This document shows, in pieces, positions 25,957 through 45,232 of a stretch of DNA of 64,000 nt. The position numbers and the translations under genes were made by a program. Each line of letters starts with the position of its first letter. The first letter of the stretch is position 1. Where the stretch lies: the NCBI RefSeq assembly GCF_009914755.1, contig NC_060933.1. One strand, 5' to 3'. The stretch is from the human T2T-CHM13v2.0 reference genome, Homo sapiens. Under the pieces are notes generated by a model. The model saw nothing but the letters and a program-made list of their open reading frames with translations. It did no database searches and was not told the origin of the DNA.

Positions 25957-26731
25957 GTTAGTATTTCATTTTCCTTTACCAAAATCAGTAGAAAATGGCA
26001 TTTTAATTAATGATTTTAAGCCTAGCAAACGTGTGTTATATTCTTACGTGGTATAGGTTTAGCATTTAGAAAATATAAAATATTATTTCATCCAACAAAT
26101 GTGTATTGAGCATTGTGTACCGTATACAAAACATTGTTCTGTATATTGAGTGCTAAAAGCTCTGTGTTTTGGGGTGTGGAGGATTAGCATTGGCAGGGTA
26201 GTAAATATTTAAGATGATGCAATAGATGAATTCTATCCTTATAGAGATCATTAAGTAAGCTTACAGTTTAGAAGATGTTTTGATCTGACATCTAAGGGAC
26301 ATTCTCTTTATTAAATTATGAAACTTTGAACTTTTTATTATATTGGTGGATAACCTGGGTTAGCACTTATAACCAGAGTTAGGTGGTAGCATATTGGCAT
26401 TCATCTTGGTGATACACTTAGAGATGAAAAATTAACAATACAAATATAGGATGTAGGAATTGCAGTCTAGAGACAAAAACAAATGGAGATACCTAAGATC
26501 ATGGTAGAACACAGGTACAATAGAAATGTGCTTTATTAGAGATATTTGGGGTAAAAAGGGACCCCATGTTACTCGGATATCCTGAAATGAATATAAGATA
26601 CCAGGCGTAAAACAATCTTTCCTGTGGTTTCTAAATTGGATGGACCTTTAGCAAAAAATTTTGCCTAGAATAGCTCATCAGACTTTGGTAATTGTCAATC
26701 AAACTTTGGCAAATTTTTTAAAAGACATGAA

Positions 26732-27040
<309 letters not shown>

Positions 27041-27480
27041 AGACATGAAAAAGAGCGAGACTCTGTCTCCAAATAAATAAATGAAAGACGTGAAAAATCT
27101 CCAAAGAAAATTAACAAAAAGGCTTAAAGGGAAATTAAATTAGGCTTGTAATTAAGGAAATTAGATTGCTTGTAGAAGTTAATAAATATATTTATGGGAA
27201 GGATGCTGAGTGTTTCTTTGAATGCCCACAAAAAAGTTTACACCTACGTAGAGTCACTAGAGGTTGGAATGGCCGTGTTGTCCCAAAAGAGCTTCAGTAA
27301 GGAAGGCTTTTCCTTCTCTCTAACCTTGATACAGGGTTTTATGGTTTGCTGAAGGCTTGCATTTTCATCAGATTTCATCTTCATAAAACCTTAGGAGATA
27401 ATTGGAGAAATTTATGTAATTTTTCTTTTACACTTAATAAACTAACTATGAGATGTTAAATAACCTGTCCAAGGCAAATA

Positions 27481-27831
27481 CAGATTGACCACCCTTAATC
27501 CAAAAATCTGAAATCCAAAATGCTCCAAAATCAGAAACGTTTTGAGTGCTGACATGACACCACAAGTGGAAAATTCCACACCTGACCTCATGTGATGGGT
27601 CACAGTCAAAATGCAGTCAAAACTTTGTATCATGCACAAAATTATTTAAAATACTGTATAAGATTACCTTCAGGCTATGTGTATAAGGTATATATGAACA
27701 TAAATGAATGTCGTGTTTAGACTTGGGTCCTAGCCCCAAAATATCTCATTAGGTATATACAAGTATTCTAAAATCCAAAAAAAATCCAAAATTTGGGTCC
27801 CAAGCATTTCAGATGAGGGATACCCAACCTA
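27481..27831 (+). mobile_element. Tigger4-type (MER46) TcMar MITE
   Basis: TA-flanked termini CAGATTGACCACCCTTAATCC ... GGGATACCCAACCT; AATCCAAAATGCTCCAAAATC motif. Confidence 0.85.
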
Positions 27832-27847
27832 TAGAAAGTTAAGGACT

Positions 27848-27960
27848 AGCCAGATGCAGTGACTCAAGCCTGTAATTCCAGGGTGAGGCAGATGGATCGC
27901 CTGAGGTCAAGAGTTCCAGACCAGCCTGGTCAACATGGCAAAACCCCATCTCTACTAAAA

Positions 27961-28003
<43 letters not shown>

Positions 28004-28175
28004 TTAGCCAGGTGTGGTGGCAGATGCCTATAATCTCAGCTGCTTGGGAGGCTGAGGCACTAGAATCACTTGAACCCAGGAGGCAGAGGCTGCAGTCAGC
28101 CGAGATCACGCCACTGCACTCCAGACTGGGTGACAGAGTGAGACTCTGTCTCTAAAAACAAAACAAAAAAGAAAG
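27848..28175 (+). mobile_element. Alu with (AC)n in its central linker
   Basis: CTACTAAAAAT(AC)~19 AAATTAGCC. Confidence 0.92.
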
Positions 28176-29160
28176 AAAGTTAAGGACTAGAAAAAAGAAA
28201 GCTTCCAGATCGAGGTACCTGATGTAACTTGATCACAGCTTCCTTATTCCCATAATGTGTAAGCCTCACTGATAGCAGGGACCTTGTCTGTTTTATTCAC
28301 CATTGTATTTCCAGTGCTTTCAACAGGCCCTCACACAAAATAGACACTCAATAAACATTGGTGGGGTGAATGAACAAATGTAAAAGTAAAGATATCTTTG
28401 TCATAGGGGTAAATATGACAGTCAAAATATAAGGTGAATGAAAATTTTTACTTATAATTTTGTATATTTCAATAATATGAAAATTTTATTGTAAACATGT
28501 ATTTTATAAATAAAATGAATATCATGTGTGAGAGCACTTTAGAAATGGTATAAATGTTTTAGCTATATACACATACTTAAGTTGCTTTGTAATCATTGAG
28601 TACTAAAAATAAGAAGATTGTGTATTACAATAGTACATAGAGGCTTTGGAATATCTTAGGGAATAGAAATGGCTTTAGTATAGTTTTTCAGGGAGAAACT
28701 AATGTACCCTAAGTCTATCATGCTTCTTAAAAGAAGTCAGAGGACCATGTCCTAGTTTTACCGTCTGTGACTGAACATAAATATAAGGGAATATATCTTT
28801 GCAGAGGCAAAACCATGTACTTTAAGTAAAAGTAAAAAAGAAATCAGAAAGATATAGGGGGAAATAATTGTGCCAGGAACTAAGGATGCACAAATACTGT
28901 AATTGAACATTAAATTTGGCACTGAGATTTCTAGCAACCTTGACAAAAAGAGAAAAGGTAGGTGATAAAAGAAGCCTGTTTTCCATGGAAAACAATCAAC
29001 TTTTTCTGGCTCTAGTTTCTAGGAAATAGTCATTTGGTTTTTTTACTTTTTTTCTCACATACGTTCCAAAGTATATAGTTCATAGAGTTTTAGTTTTATG
29101 CAAATCAAATATTTACTTGGTTGGCTCATGTCGGCTTCTGCATTTGTGCTCTTGTTTCAG

Positions 29161-29340
29161 GGAACTCTGCACTAAACTTTACAGCATGAGCTGGGGCAAT
29201 ACACAGAGTTGGCAAGAGTTTGATCGCTTTTGTGAATATAATCCAGTGGAAGTGTCCATGTTGACCTGTTTAGCGGATGTCCGGGAACCTTGCCAGTTGG
29301 GCTGTAGAAACCTTACTTACTGTACTAATTTTAACAACAG
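29161..29340 (+). CDS. RECK: RECK exon 10 (180 nt; ELCTKLYSMSWG...TNFNN)
   Basis: gtttcag|G, CAG|gtaaga. Confidence 0.97.
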
Positions 29341-30367
29341 GTAAGACAAATTATTATACATGGAATGGAAATATTTTATCATTAATTATAAATAAGTGAA
29401 ATACCACTTTATTCTGATTTTATTCCTGTTGGGTTAAAAGAAAGTCTTCTTTATGATTTAATCTTTAAATGCAGTATTCCATCTGGTAAGCCACCTCTGG
29501 GAAAGGAAACACTATTACAAAGTCCCTTCCAATCTAGAGATACCTCAAGCTTCTGGAATTCAAAGAATCTCTTCTGCCGTCAGTCCCCTCTCCCTTCTAC
29601 TGTACCACCAGTGGAAGTAATTCATTGTAGAATAAATTATTGTGAACTATTTGGTCATCCAAATGTCCACTTTTAAACAGTTTACTTTAAAGGACCTTGA
29701 GACTGGTTGAGGTTTCTTCTCTGTGAGTCCCCTGTTTCATACAAAAATATTTCTTTACAAAAGCAATTCAAATAGATGTTTTCCCAGGGTATCAAGTATC
29801 ATTAGAAAAATAAGGAGGCAAGAACTGAGCCTTGGAGCATATCAACAGTTAATGGTTGAAGAAACCAAAGAAAACAGAAGAGGGCACCGGAAGCACGAAA
29901 TGAGAGAACTCCATACAGAAGCAAGAGAGAGAGAGTTACTAAAGAAGAGGTGGCTGATTTATAAGTTACAACCCAGAAATAAAGAGGGCAAAAGGGAAGA
30001 GAATCATTCAATTGGGCCAGAAGGAAGTTCTAGATATTTTTGTCAGATGGTGTTTACTTCAAGCTAACACACATCTTATTTTTTTTAAAGTACTCAGAGT
30101 ATTACTTAAGAGTGAGAAAATTGAGATATCTTTAAAACTGGTGATAGAGTATTAGCCAGTAAAGACCTGATTTAGAGATTGAGTACATCTGAAATGTTTG
30201 AAAGTTAGACTTTGGCACATAGTTCTGGTCTGGCTTCTGGTAATTGTGGAGTAGCTTGTATGAGAATAACAGTCCTACCAATACCAATTATGAACTCCGC
30301 ACAAAATATAAAAGAACAATTGTTTTGAAGGTATTGGAGACTGATCAAAAGCAGGAGGGTCTACATC

Positions 30368-30688
30368 TTTTTTTTTTATTATTTTTGAGACAGAATCTCA
30401 CTCTGTCACCCAGGCTGGAGTATAGTGGCATGATCTCGGCTCACTGCAACCTCCGCCTCCTGGATTCAAGCAATTAATTCTCCTGCCTCAGCCTCCCAAG
30501 TAGCTGGGATTACAGGCGCCTGCCACCACACCCAGCTAATTTTTTTTTTTTTTTTTTTTTGTATTTTTAGTAGAGACGGGGCTTCACCATCTTGGCCAGG
30601 CTGGTTTCGAACCCCTGATCTCAAGTGATCTGCCTGCCTCAGCCTCCCAAAGTGCTAGGATTACAGGCGTGAGCCACCACGAGTGGCC
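30368..30688 (-). mobile_element. AluS with expanded central T run
   Basis: Alu motifs. Confidence 0.93.
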
Positions 30689-33652
30689 AACGTCTCTTGA
30701 AAGATAGAAACCACACTGAGCGAAAGCCACATTTGTGCACTTCTTCCTCATAGGCACTTTCAGTTTCTTTTCATGGGGAGTAGAGTTCAAGCAGAAAGCA
30801 GCAGTCTTGGCCTAAGGAGTGAGACATCAGAGTTTGGTCCTGCCAGAGAAGCTAGATATTGAAGGAAAAAAAAAATCCCACAAGGGAGGGAACCACAAAA
30901 AGAAATGTCCCAAAATCCATAAACAGACTCCTTTTAAGTCCTTGGCTGACTCCTAAATTGTACTTTTGCAGGATGAGACTACAAGGAACCCAGGGGAAGG
31001 TGAACATAGACTATAGCAGTTAGCATTTGCTGGGCAGACGATTTAGAATTCAGATTATGCCAAGTTAGAAGGGCCTAGTAAACCCCATAAGGGCCAAACC
31101 TTGGGAGTACATACGACATCCAAGAGCTAAGAGTAAAGCTGAAAAACCTTAACAAAACCTGAAACTGCCTCCAGAGGAAGGAGGTATTTGTCAGTAATTT
31201 AACTGCCTGCTGGTGTGAAAACAACATTCCTCCAAAGAAGGTAACAAAATCCTAAATCCCACAAAGTATCATGCATAATGTCCATTATACAATCAAAAAT
31301 TACTAGAAATGAGAAAAATAGGAAATATGACCCATAGTTAAGAGAAAAAACAATCATACCCATTGGTGACCCAACTATTGGAATTAGCAGATAAAGAATC
31401 TAATTATGATAAATATATTGAAAGATCTACAGGTAAAGATAGATATAGGTGAGATATGGAAGCTCTAAAAAAAACCACATGGAAACTCTAAAACTGAGAA
31501 ATGCAATATCTAAAATAAATTTATTGTAGGGAATGGAAAATAGACACAGCAGAAGAAAAAGGTCAGTGACCTCGGAGATTGCTCAATAGAAACTATCTAA
31601 ACCAAAGCACAGAGAATAAGTGATACAACATCTGTGGTAGTAACCCAGAAGGAAAGGAAAGAAAGGAGCAGAAAAATATTTGATTAAACCTTGGCTGAAA
31701 TTTTTCCAAATGTGATCAAATACATTAACCCATTTTTTGGGAAACCTTAGTAAACGCTAAGTCAGATAAATACAAAGAGAGACACACCTAGCACATTATA
31801 GTCAAACTGTTGAAAACCAGAGGCAAAGAGAAATAGTTAAAACAACCAAAGGGAGAAAAAAAGACACTTTACATATGATGGAATAACAATAAAAATGACA
31901 AGTGACTTCCTTTCAGAAACAATGGAGAACCAAAGACCATCAAGTAGTATCCCAAGTAGTATCCTTAAAGTACTCAGAGAAAAAAAAATCTTATATTCAA
32001 TGAAAATATTCTTCAAAAATAAAGGTATTTCTAGATATTACAAAAAAAAACAACCTCAGAATTTTCTGCCAGCAATCTCTCACTACAAGAAATTCTTCAG
32101 TCTGAAGGAAAATGCCACATGAAAACTCAGACCTATAGAGCACTGGGATTGGTAAATGTTGGTAAACATGAAAAATATTTTTTCTTTATTTTCTTTTTCT
32201 TTTTTTTTCTTTTGTATTTTATTTTTCAAAAGTAATTGGTTAAAGCAAAAATAATAACAATGTATTGTGGAATTTATACATAGAAGTAAAATATATGATA
32301 TATGACAGTAGCAAAAAGGATAAGAGAGAGGTAAATAATTATACCGTTATAAGTTTCTTACATTATTTGTGACATTGTATAGTATTAATTCAAGGAAAAC
32401 TATAATAAATAATGGACATATATTATGCCTAGAGCAACCACTAATTTAAAACACAACACAAAGAGGTATAGCTAAGAAGCTAATAGGAAATATAAAATGG
32501 AAAACTAAAATAATACTTGATCCATCCAAAAGAAGACAGAAAGAAAAAGGAGACAAATTGAAAACCACAGCAAAATGATAGAGACTTAAACCCAACTGTA
32601 TCAATAATTACATAAACGTAAATGAACTAAAAACATCGATTGAAAGGCAGAGGTTGTTAGAAAGACAAAGACTATTATTGGAGATAAAGAGTATCACCTT
32701 ATAATGATCAAAGTTCAATTTATCATGAAGATACAATTAACCTAGATATATATGCACCTAATGTCAGATAGATGCATATACTCAAAATACTTAAAAACAG
32801 AAGTAAACCCTAAAGAGAGAGAAATATTCAATCATATTCAGAAATGTTAACACCTCTCCCTCACTAATAGAACAAATGGAAAAAAATCAGTGAGGATATA
32901 GAGGATTTGAACAACATATGCTGGGTTAAAAAGCAAGTCTCAACCGCTGTCAGAAGATGAAAATCATAAAAAGTATATTTTCTGAACACAACAGAATCAA
33001 ATTGGAAATCAATAAAAATAAACTATATTGAAATATTCCCAAATATTTGGTAATTAAACAAACGCTTCTAAATAATTTATGCAACAAAGAAGAAATCACA
33101 AAGGAAATGCTTGAACCTGGGAGGCAGAGGTTGCAGTAAGCCAAGATTGCACCACCACACTTCAGCCTGGGCAACAGAGCAAGACTCTCTCAAAAAATAA
33201 ATGGAATACTATGAACAACTTTATGCCAGTAAATCCTGCAATTTAGATGAAATGGATGCATTCCTTAAAAACCAAAACTAACACAAGAAGAAGTACAAGT
33301 TAGGATTATTCTTATAACTATTAGAGAAATTGAATTTGTAATTATAAATCTTCACACAAGGAAAACTTCTGGCTTTACTGGTAATGCTTACCAAACACAT
33401 AAGGAAAAAATTATGCAATTATTACACAGAATTTTTCAGGAAGCAGATAACATATCCCAACTCCTCTTATGAGGCTAGCATTACCTTGATACCAAAACCG
33501 ACATGGACATTAAAAACAAGGTAACTATTGTCCTGTGTCACTCAGAGATGCCAAAATCCTCAATAAAAGATTAGGAAATTCAATTCAAGTATAGGAAACT
33601 GATTTTCAACAAGAGCAGCAAGGCAATTCAATACAAAAATAAACATCTTTTC

Positions 33653-34614
<962 letters not shown>

Positions 34615-35042
34615 TTATGGAGGGGGAAAAAATGAACCTCAACCTGTGTTTCACACCCTACACAAAAAACTGCTTCCAGATGGATCATAGAACTAAACAT
34701 AAAAACTAAAAATTTAAAGCTAATAGGAGAACATCTTCACAAACTTTGTGTGGGCAAAGATTTTGTAGACAGGACACAAAATATACAATTTTAAAAGAAA
34801 AAAATGAATTAGACTTCAACCGTAAAATCTTTTGTTTGCCAAAAGACATCATTTAAAACTTGAAGGGTCAAGTCATAGACTTGAGAGGGAATGTTCAACA
34901 TATCATGCACAGGTGTGTGCATACACACACACACACACACACACATATTTGTCAAAGAGCTTGTGTATCCAGACTACATAAATAACTCCTACAACATCAT
35001 GATAAAAAGTAAAACAACTCAATTTTAAAATTATGCAAAAAA

Positions 35043-35408
<366 letters not shown>

Positions 35409-36901
35409 TTAATCAAGTATATGAAAAAATGTTCAACATCACTAATTATCAGTGAAATACAAATTAAAACCACAATGAACTATCCCTTCACGTGTTAAAA
35501 TGGCTATTATCAAAAAGATGGAAGATAACAATTGTTAGCAAGGATGTGGAGAAAAGGGAAGTCTTGTACACTGTTGATGGAAATGTGAGTTAGTACAGCC
35601 ATTATGGGAAACAGTATGGGGGGTCCTCAAAAAATTAAAGATAGAAGGTACCATATGATCCAGCAATTCCACTACTAGGTACATATCTAAAGGAAAGGAA
35701 ATCAGCGTGTTGAAGAGATATTTCACTCCCACATTCACTGCAGCATTATTTACAATAGCCAAGATGTAGAATCAACCTGTATTCATCAATGAATGAATGA
35801 ATGGATAAAGAATATGTGGTATATATACACTGTGGAATCCTATTCAGCCTTTATAAAGAAGGAAATCCTGTCGTTTGCAACAATATGAATGAACCTGGAG
35901 GACACTAAATAAAATAAGCCAGGCACAGAAAGACAAATACTGCACAATCTCACTTATATGTGGAATCTAAAAAAATCAAACTCATGGAAGCAGAGAATAG
36001 AATAGTGGTTACCAGAGGGTGGCTGGAAAAGGTGGTGCAGGAGGAGGAGAGAGAAGAGGGAGGAGAGAGGGGAGAGGATTGGGAAAATGTTGGTCAAAGG
36101 ACACAAAATTTTATTTAGACAAAAGGAGTAAGTTCAAGAGATCTGTTATACAATGTGGTAACTATAGTTAACAGTGAGTTGTATACTTGAAAGTTGCCAA
36201 GAGAGTAGATGTTAAATGTTCTTACCACAAAAAAATTATAAGTATGTGAGGTAATGCATATTTTAATTAGCTTAATTTAGCCATTCCACATGTGTCATGT
36301 TTAAATATATTACGTTGCACACAATAAATATATAATTTTTGTCCATTTAAAAAATTTAAAAGAAATAGCCATCTAGTTCATTAAAGGCTTCATTATTATC
36401 AGTCATGGCAAAATACAAATTAAAATAGCAATTCAGTGCCTCCTCACCCTCACAAGAATGCCTGAAATTAAAAGACTGGTAAGCATATGAAGCAAGTGGA
36501 ATTCTTGTAGTATGTTACTACTGGGAGTAGAAGATAGTTTGAGGATTTGGAGCTTTTTTTCAGTTTCTTCAAAAGTTAAATCTATGACCTAACAATTTTA
36601 TCCTGAAGCATTTACCCAAGAGACATGAAAACATATGTCCAAATAAAGACCTGTCTAGTACCCTTATTCGTAATAGCCCAAAAAATGGGGGAGAGGAACC
36701 AAAACATCTATCAGGAGAATGAAAGAATATAACATTGTGGTGCATCCAAACAATGGGATAGCAATGGATGAATCTTACATTGAGAAAAAAAGCCCAACAC
36801 AAAATACATTCTTGACACATGAGATCCAAGAATAGGCAAATGTAATCTATGGTGATAAAGATCAGAATATCCTTTCCTCTGCTGGAATCAGGGATTGACT
36901 A

Positions 36902-37520
<619 letters not shown>

Positions 37521-37524
37521 TTAA

Positions 37525-37788
37525 ATTTTTTTCAACATGGGGTATTCCTTTATTGCCCAGGCTGGCCTCGAACTCCTGGGCTTAAGCAATCCTCCTGCCA
37601 CACCTCCTGAGTAGCTGGAACTAGAGGCGTGCCACAATTTTTTTGTTTGTTTGTTTTTGTTTTTTTTTAGTAGAGATGAAATCTTGCTATGTTGCCCAGA
37701 CTGGTCTCAAACTCCTGAGCTCAAGCTATCTTCCTGCCTTGGCCTCCCAAAGTGCTAGGATTGCAGGTGTGAGCCACTGCACCCAGCC
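37525..37788 (-). mobile_element. Old Alu (AluJ/FLAM-derived)
   Basis: Alu motifs on the minus strand. Confidence 0.85.
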
Positions 37789-38334
37789 TAGAACAGGCGA
37801 AATTAATCTATGGTGATATAAGTATAAATAGTTATGGCCTCTGAGTTGCAGTCAGTAGGGAGGCATTAACTCAACAGTGGCACAAGGGAACTGGCTGAAA
37901 TGTTGGATGGGTTCCTTAATTGATTTAGATGTGCTTATGGATGTACATATTTGTCAAAGCACACCAAGCTGTACCCATAAAATTGGTGCATTTTGCTTTT
38001 GTAAATTATGTTGCCATTTTAAAAAGTTGGCCTCATAATATTTATTTTATGAAATGAAATGGGATAGTCTGGGGATAATAGTCCTGTTTGGAGAATTGTG
38101 AAGTTTTAAACTGCCCCACAAGAATCTGTTAAAAAGAAAACATGCAATCAGAGTTTAATGCTAGTGTCTACACTGAATCTTCATACAATCGAAGCTGATA
38201 TCCTTTCATGGGTTGTATGTGCTTTCTTAAGAAAACCAGATTTTTCTGATGCATTAGTATGTCAGGATTTTACTTGTTGCTTCTCTCTAGAAAATAATTG
38301 CCTCTTGATTCTTTCTGGCCTTTTTTCTCTTTAG

Positions 38335-38547
38335 GCCAACAGAACTTTTCAGGAGTTGTAATGCACAGTCAGATCAAGGAGCCATGAATGACATGAAGTT
38401 GTGGGAGAAAGGAAGCATAAAGATGCCATTTATCAATATACCTGTTCTTGATATTAAAAAGTGCCAGCCAGAGATGTGGAAAGCAATAGCTTGTTCACTG
38501 CAGATTAAACCTTGTCATAGTAAATCTCGGGGAAGTATTATTTGCAA
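38335..38547 (+). CDS. RECK: RECK exon 11 (213 nt; PTELFRSCNAQ...GSIIC, Frizzled-like CRD region)
   Basis: ctctttag|G, CAA|gtaagt; open frame. Confidence 0.96.
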
Positions 38548-38941
38548 GTAAGTTTCTTTCATCCTAACGATTCTCCAGCTTTAGTTCAGACCCTCCGTGA
38601 TCTCTAGCCAGAGCCTCTCCATAGAATTTTCTCTCTTACCACTTCCTTTGCCTATCACCCCCGTATGTCAAATGCTTTCCCACTTTTTCCTCCTCTAGTT
38701 GAAATACTGCTCCCCTCATCACCACCTACTGGCTGTCCTTGTCTCCTCTGAAATACCAGACATTCCTGTAGTCTTCCCAGATTTCTCCAGCTGAAAGTAA
38801 TTTATCCTTACTACAGATTCCTATAGACCTTTATTTGTACTTCTCTTATGGAACTTAGTTCATGAAACATTTATTAAATACCTCTGATGCACAATTCTAT
38901 TTTTATATGTTAATTTATGGACTTGTCTTATATTCTGTTAG

Positions 38942-39254
<313 letters not shown>

Positions 39255-40097
39255 GACTTTGCTCTTCTTAAGGAGCTTATTTTGCTTAGGAAATCAAGGA
39301 TCAAGTAAAGATAGGAGCTGCTATAGTGGGTGAAACCAAAAGCATTTAACACATAGTAATCTGCCCATTGTTCTTCACATATCTTTTTTTCCAAAAGTTT
39401 TCCAAAACCAAGTTAATATCCAGCCCCTAAGCTGTTGGTATGTGGCTCAGTGCTGCTGGATACCTTAATAATTTCAACCTTAAACAGAGTCCAGTCTATT
39501 CTCTGACATGGCTTCGGGATAACCTGATGGGGAAATACTGAGGTATAACAATTAGGTGACAAGCAAGAGGCAACAAGAGGGGAATATGTAGACTCTTAGC
39601 ACAGAAAACTTGTAGGAGTCAAATCCCTATTGAAGACCAAGAACATTTTAAAGTAGTGGACTTTCTAGTTGTTATAGGCCAGATGCTAATGTTGATAACT
39701 AAAAAGAGACTTAGATAAGGAAGGGAAGGCAAAAGAGGCAAGCAAGCAAACAAGCCAGCATAAGGTCCTAGAAGTGAGGATATATGATTTTTGCAGAGAG
39801 TAAATCAGACTAGCTTCATTTAATTTCCTTTCAAAGATACTGAAAAGCCACATTGCTGGTAGTAACAGTACGAAGAAGTGTACAATTTGAGTAAGGGCTT
39901 TGGTCTCAGACAACAGAAAGTTAGGGGTGCTTTCAATTTATTATTCAACCTGAGCTCTCCTGTGACTCTTGTTCTCTTTTGAAACATGTTAAGTTATGAA
40001 AGCTTACTTTCTGGAAAGCTTCAGAAACAAGTGATGTTGACTGGACAACATGAGGAGGTTCCTCAAGCTCTAAACTTACGTGCATTTTTTTTTCAAG

Positions 40098-40234
40098 ATC
40101 AGATTGTGTGGAGATTCTTAAAAAATGTGGAGACCAGAACAAATTCCCTGAAGACCACACAGCTGAAAGTATTTGTGAGCTTCTGTCACCTACAGATGAT
40201 CTGAAGAATTGTATACCTTTGGATACATACCTCA
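40098..40234 (+). CDS. RECK: RECK exon 12 (137 nt; SDCVEILKKCGD...LDTYL)
   Basis: tttcaag|A, TCA|gtaagt. Confidence 0.96.
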
Positions 40235-40677
40235 GTAAGTACTTTTTTGTATGTGTGTTTTTAGATTTCAAATACTTCTCTCTTCCAACTATTTGTTTTA
40301 CTATTTGTTTTGGATGAGCATTTATCTGTTGAGAACATGGGATTCAATGATACCATCTCAATCACAGACTCTTGTTTGCTTGGCCTTTTTGGCCCAGGAA
40401 AGAATTGTTGTTTTAAAATATGTAAGCAGAAGTGATTCTATCAGTCTGAGGAGGTACCAACTGTGGTCAGTCAGGAATTCTAAGCAGTGACTCAGGGGGC
40501 CAGCATTCTCAGATAACCAGCTCCATATCATTGCTGTCTTCTTACCATAATAATGACTAGAAAGTGGAATTTACCCCCAGAGACTATCAGCCTTTTGTCA
40601 TCAGAGTGTCAGTGGATGAGAGCCAGGAATTGGCTTGGACTTACTCACCCAACAGGGTATAAAAAAATGATAGTCTA

Positions 40678-40982
<305 letters not shown>

Positions 40983-41638
40983 CTAGCTTAATATGTAAAA
41001 ATGGAACTTATCTCACTGCTTCAGTTTTTCTCTGCCAAATACTCCCGCCAAAAGCTAGAAGAGCGTGTTGCTATCTCATTGAGGGATCCTGGAGCTGGAG
41101 CTCAGCTTCTTGGCAGTGAGACCCATACATGGTGGAAACCAGGGGATGACAAGTAGAACTCCTACACACCCAGTAGTTAAGGGAAGTGTTCAGGCTGCCA
41201 CCAGGGGGCATCTGTGCCATGATCTGGCTACAAAGGTAGACAGTGAAGTCAGCCTTTGTTTTCCTGTGTTAGGTAGGATTAACAAAAAACAGAACAAATA
41301 GAAGTAAAGAAAGCCCAGAAACAAATAGTCTAGGGCTTCATCATCAGGAATCCAGGCTCCTTTTATCTTTCCCCACCATCCTTAGCATTTAGCTTCAGTC
41401 ATCAAGATTACTTAATGTACTTTGTCATCACAACATGGCTATTGGAGTTCTAACCACCATAATCTAGTTCCAGAAGGTAAAAAGGAAGGGACAGAGCAAA
41501 CAACTTCTCCCTAGTCACACTGTCCATCCCTAGTTGTAAGGAAAACTGAGAAAGGTTATTTTTTAAGCTCTGGGCCCATTGCGGCCCTAAGTAAAATTGG
41601 AGATCTTTTAGTAATCAGGGAGAGAAAAGTATGTGCTG

Positions 41639-41684
41639 GATTTGTAGCTGGTAGATTTGTAGCTGGTAGATTTGTAGCTGGTAG
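41639..41684 (+). repeat. Perfect 15-bp tandem repeat x3 (GATTTGTAGCTGGTA)
   Basis: Direct inspection. Confidence 0.95.
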
Positions 41685-42278
41685 TATTCGCCATATTTTC
41701 TCAAGGCCAACAAACTGTGTCCCTTAACCTTTGTGACCAATATAGCAAAAAAGAGAGCATTAGACTGGAATTTAGACCTTTGTGTCTTTGAGCAGATCAC
41801 TTCTTTGAGCCTCGGCTTCCCTATTTATGAAATAATTAGGCAAAATGAGATGAACTCCAAGGGCCCTTATACCTCTGTTAGTCTTAGAGTATGAGTCTGG
41901 CCTAAAATCAAGTAAGCAACACTTATTGTATTTATAATTCTAGATTCTATTACAGCAGGCAAATATTTGTGTAGAAGGAAACTATATCAATGGGAGGAAA
42001 ATTAAATATCTCTTTAAATATCACACATGGTTTCTATCAAGTGAGACTCTTCCTTGGCCATGATTTCCGAAGTTAAATATAATCATGGTTTGGAGTCCAT
42101 ACATATTACCATAATAAATTCTCATTTATGATAAAACACGCTAAATTATCCTTCTTAGACATCTTATTTGACCACCCTATCCAAAATATACCTGTCATTT
42201 TTTATCCCCTGACACTACTTATTACTTACAATTTTCTGACTTAATTATTTATTTATAGATACACATATACATACATAG

Positions 42279-42927
<649 letters not shown>

Positions 42928-43146
42928 TAGATCCCAATAAATTTAAAAAAAGAATGAATGTATGTTTATGTGAAATTCATCATTTCACAAATGAAAGAAT
43001 CTCGGTGTTTTAATAGCTTGGTAGAATCAGGCCTTACTTTACACTCATGAGCTCTTCATTTATTCCAGCCATAATTAATTCAGATAATTTACAGTTTTCT
43101 CTTACTCTTTTAGGTTGGTTAAACTAATCTGTTTTGGTTTTTTCAG

Positions 43147-43287
43147 GGCCAAGTACTTTAGGTAACATTGTAGAAGAAGTGACTCATCCCTGTAACCCAA
43201 ATCCTTGCCCTGCCAATGAGCTCTGTGAAGTAAACCGAAAAGGATGTCCATCTGGAGATCCCTGTCTTCCATACTTTTGTGTTCAAG
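43147..43287 (+). CDS. RECK: RECK exon 13 (141 nt; PSTLGNIVEEVTHPCNPNPC...FCVQ, EGF-like)
   Basis: ttttcag|GG, AAG|gtaaga. Confidence 0.96.
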
Positions 43288-43935
43288 GTAAGAGGTAGGT
43301 GGGTGTGAGAAGAGGATGGATAGGTGCTGCTAGTGTTTCTTTATAGGAGCTATCTTTCTTTTTTTCAATCCTGCTCCTTCTGTAATATAGGGGTTATCTT
43401 CGGAGTGAGATTATGAGGGACTTCATGTTCTATATTATGTTTTTCTATAATGTTTTGAGATTTTCTCATTAAACATGTATTATTGATGTAAGCAGGAAAA
43501 GACAGACACTTGTAATCCTCCATTGTTATTTAAATTGTAAACTAATAATAACAGTCTAAAACTTGACTCTCGTGAGTTGCAGGGTTCTAGACTATGAAAG
43601 AAAAGAAGCTCAGACCAGCTTTTTGTACTTTCTCTTCTATGTTGTAATGTTTGAAAAAAAATACTCTACATTGTTCATGTTTTTTCTTTCCTTTCCTTTA
43701 GTATATAGAGAAATAGCATATTCAATAGAATGTATAGCTATCTCCATAAAGATTAATGTTATGTTGAAATATATATAACTTTAAGGGTGAAGGATTTTTA
43801 TCCCATAGAATTATGATAGTCTTTATCTTTCTGTCAATCCCTTTAGAATATAGTTGTTGCAACATTTTGCTTCTTTTTATCTATTTCCCAATTGAGAATG
43901 TTTCTTTATCATGTTAGAATCAAGATTTTAAAAAA

Positions 43936-44542
<607 letters not shown>

Positions 44543-44826
44543 TAAAATATTTTTAAAGTAAAATAAAGCAAAAGATGAAATAAGCATGATGTCTCAAAGG
44601 ATCATCTATAATATATGTGTAATACTGTAATATATCGGCTATAGAGTCATAATCTTGTCAAAATTGGAAATGTCGGACTGTTTTAAATTTCAAGATAGTA
44701 TTTTCTGTCCATTTACCCTTACATTATAAGTTGGTCAGTATTTTCTTTGGCAAGAAAATAAGATATAGTTACTTAAAATGGTGACATCTGTATTTCATAT
44801 TATTTAAATATATAATTCAATTCAGG

Positions 44827-45232
<406 letters not shown>

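Noticed and set aside
41639-41684. Short direct repeats resembling a CRISPR array
   Set aside because: No spacers, eukaryotic intron; simple tandem duplication
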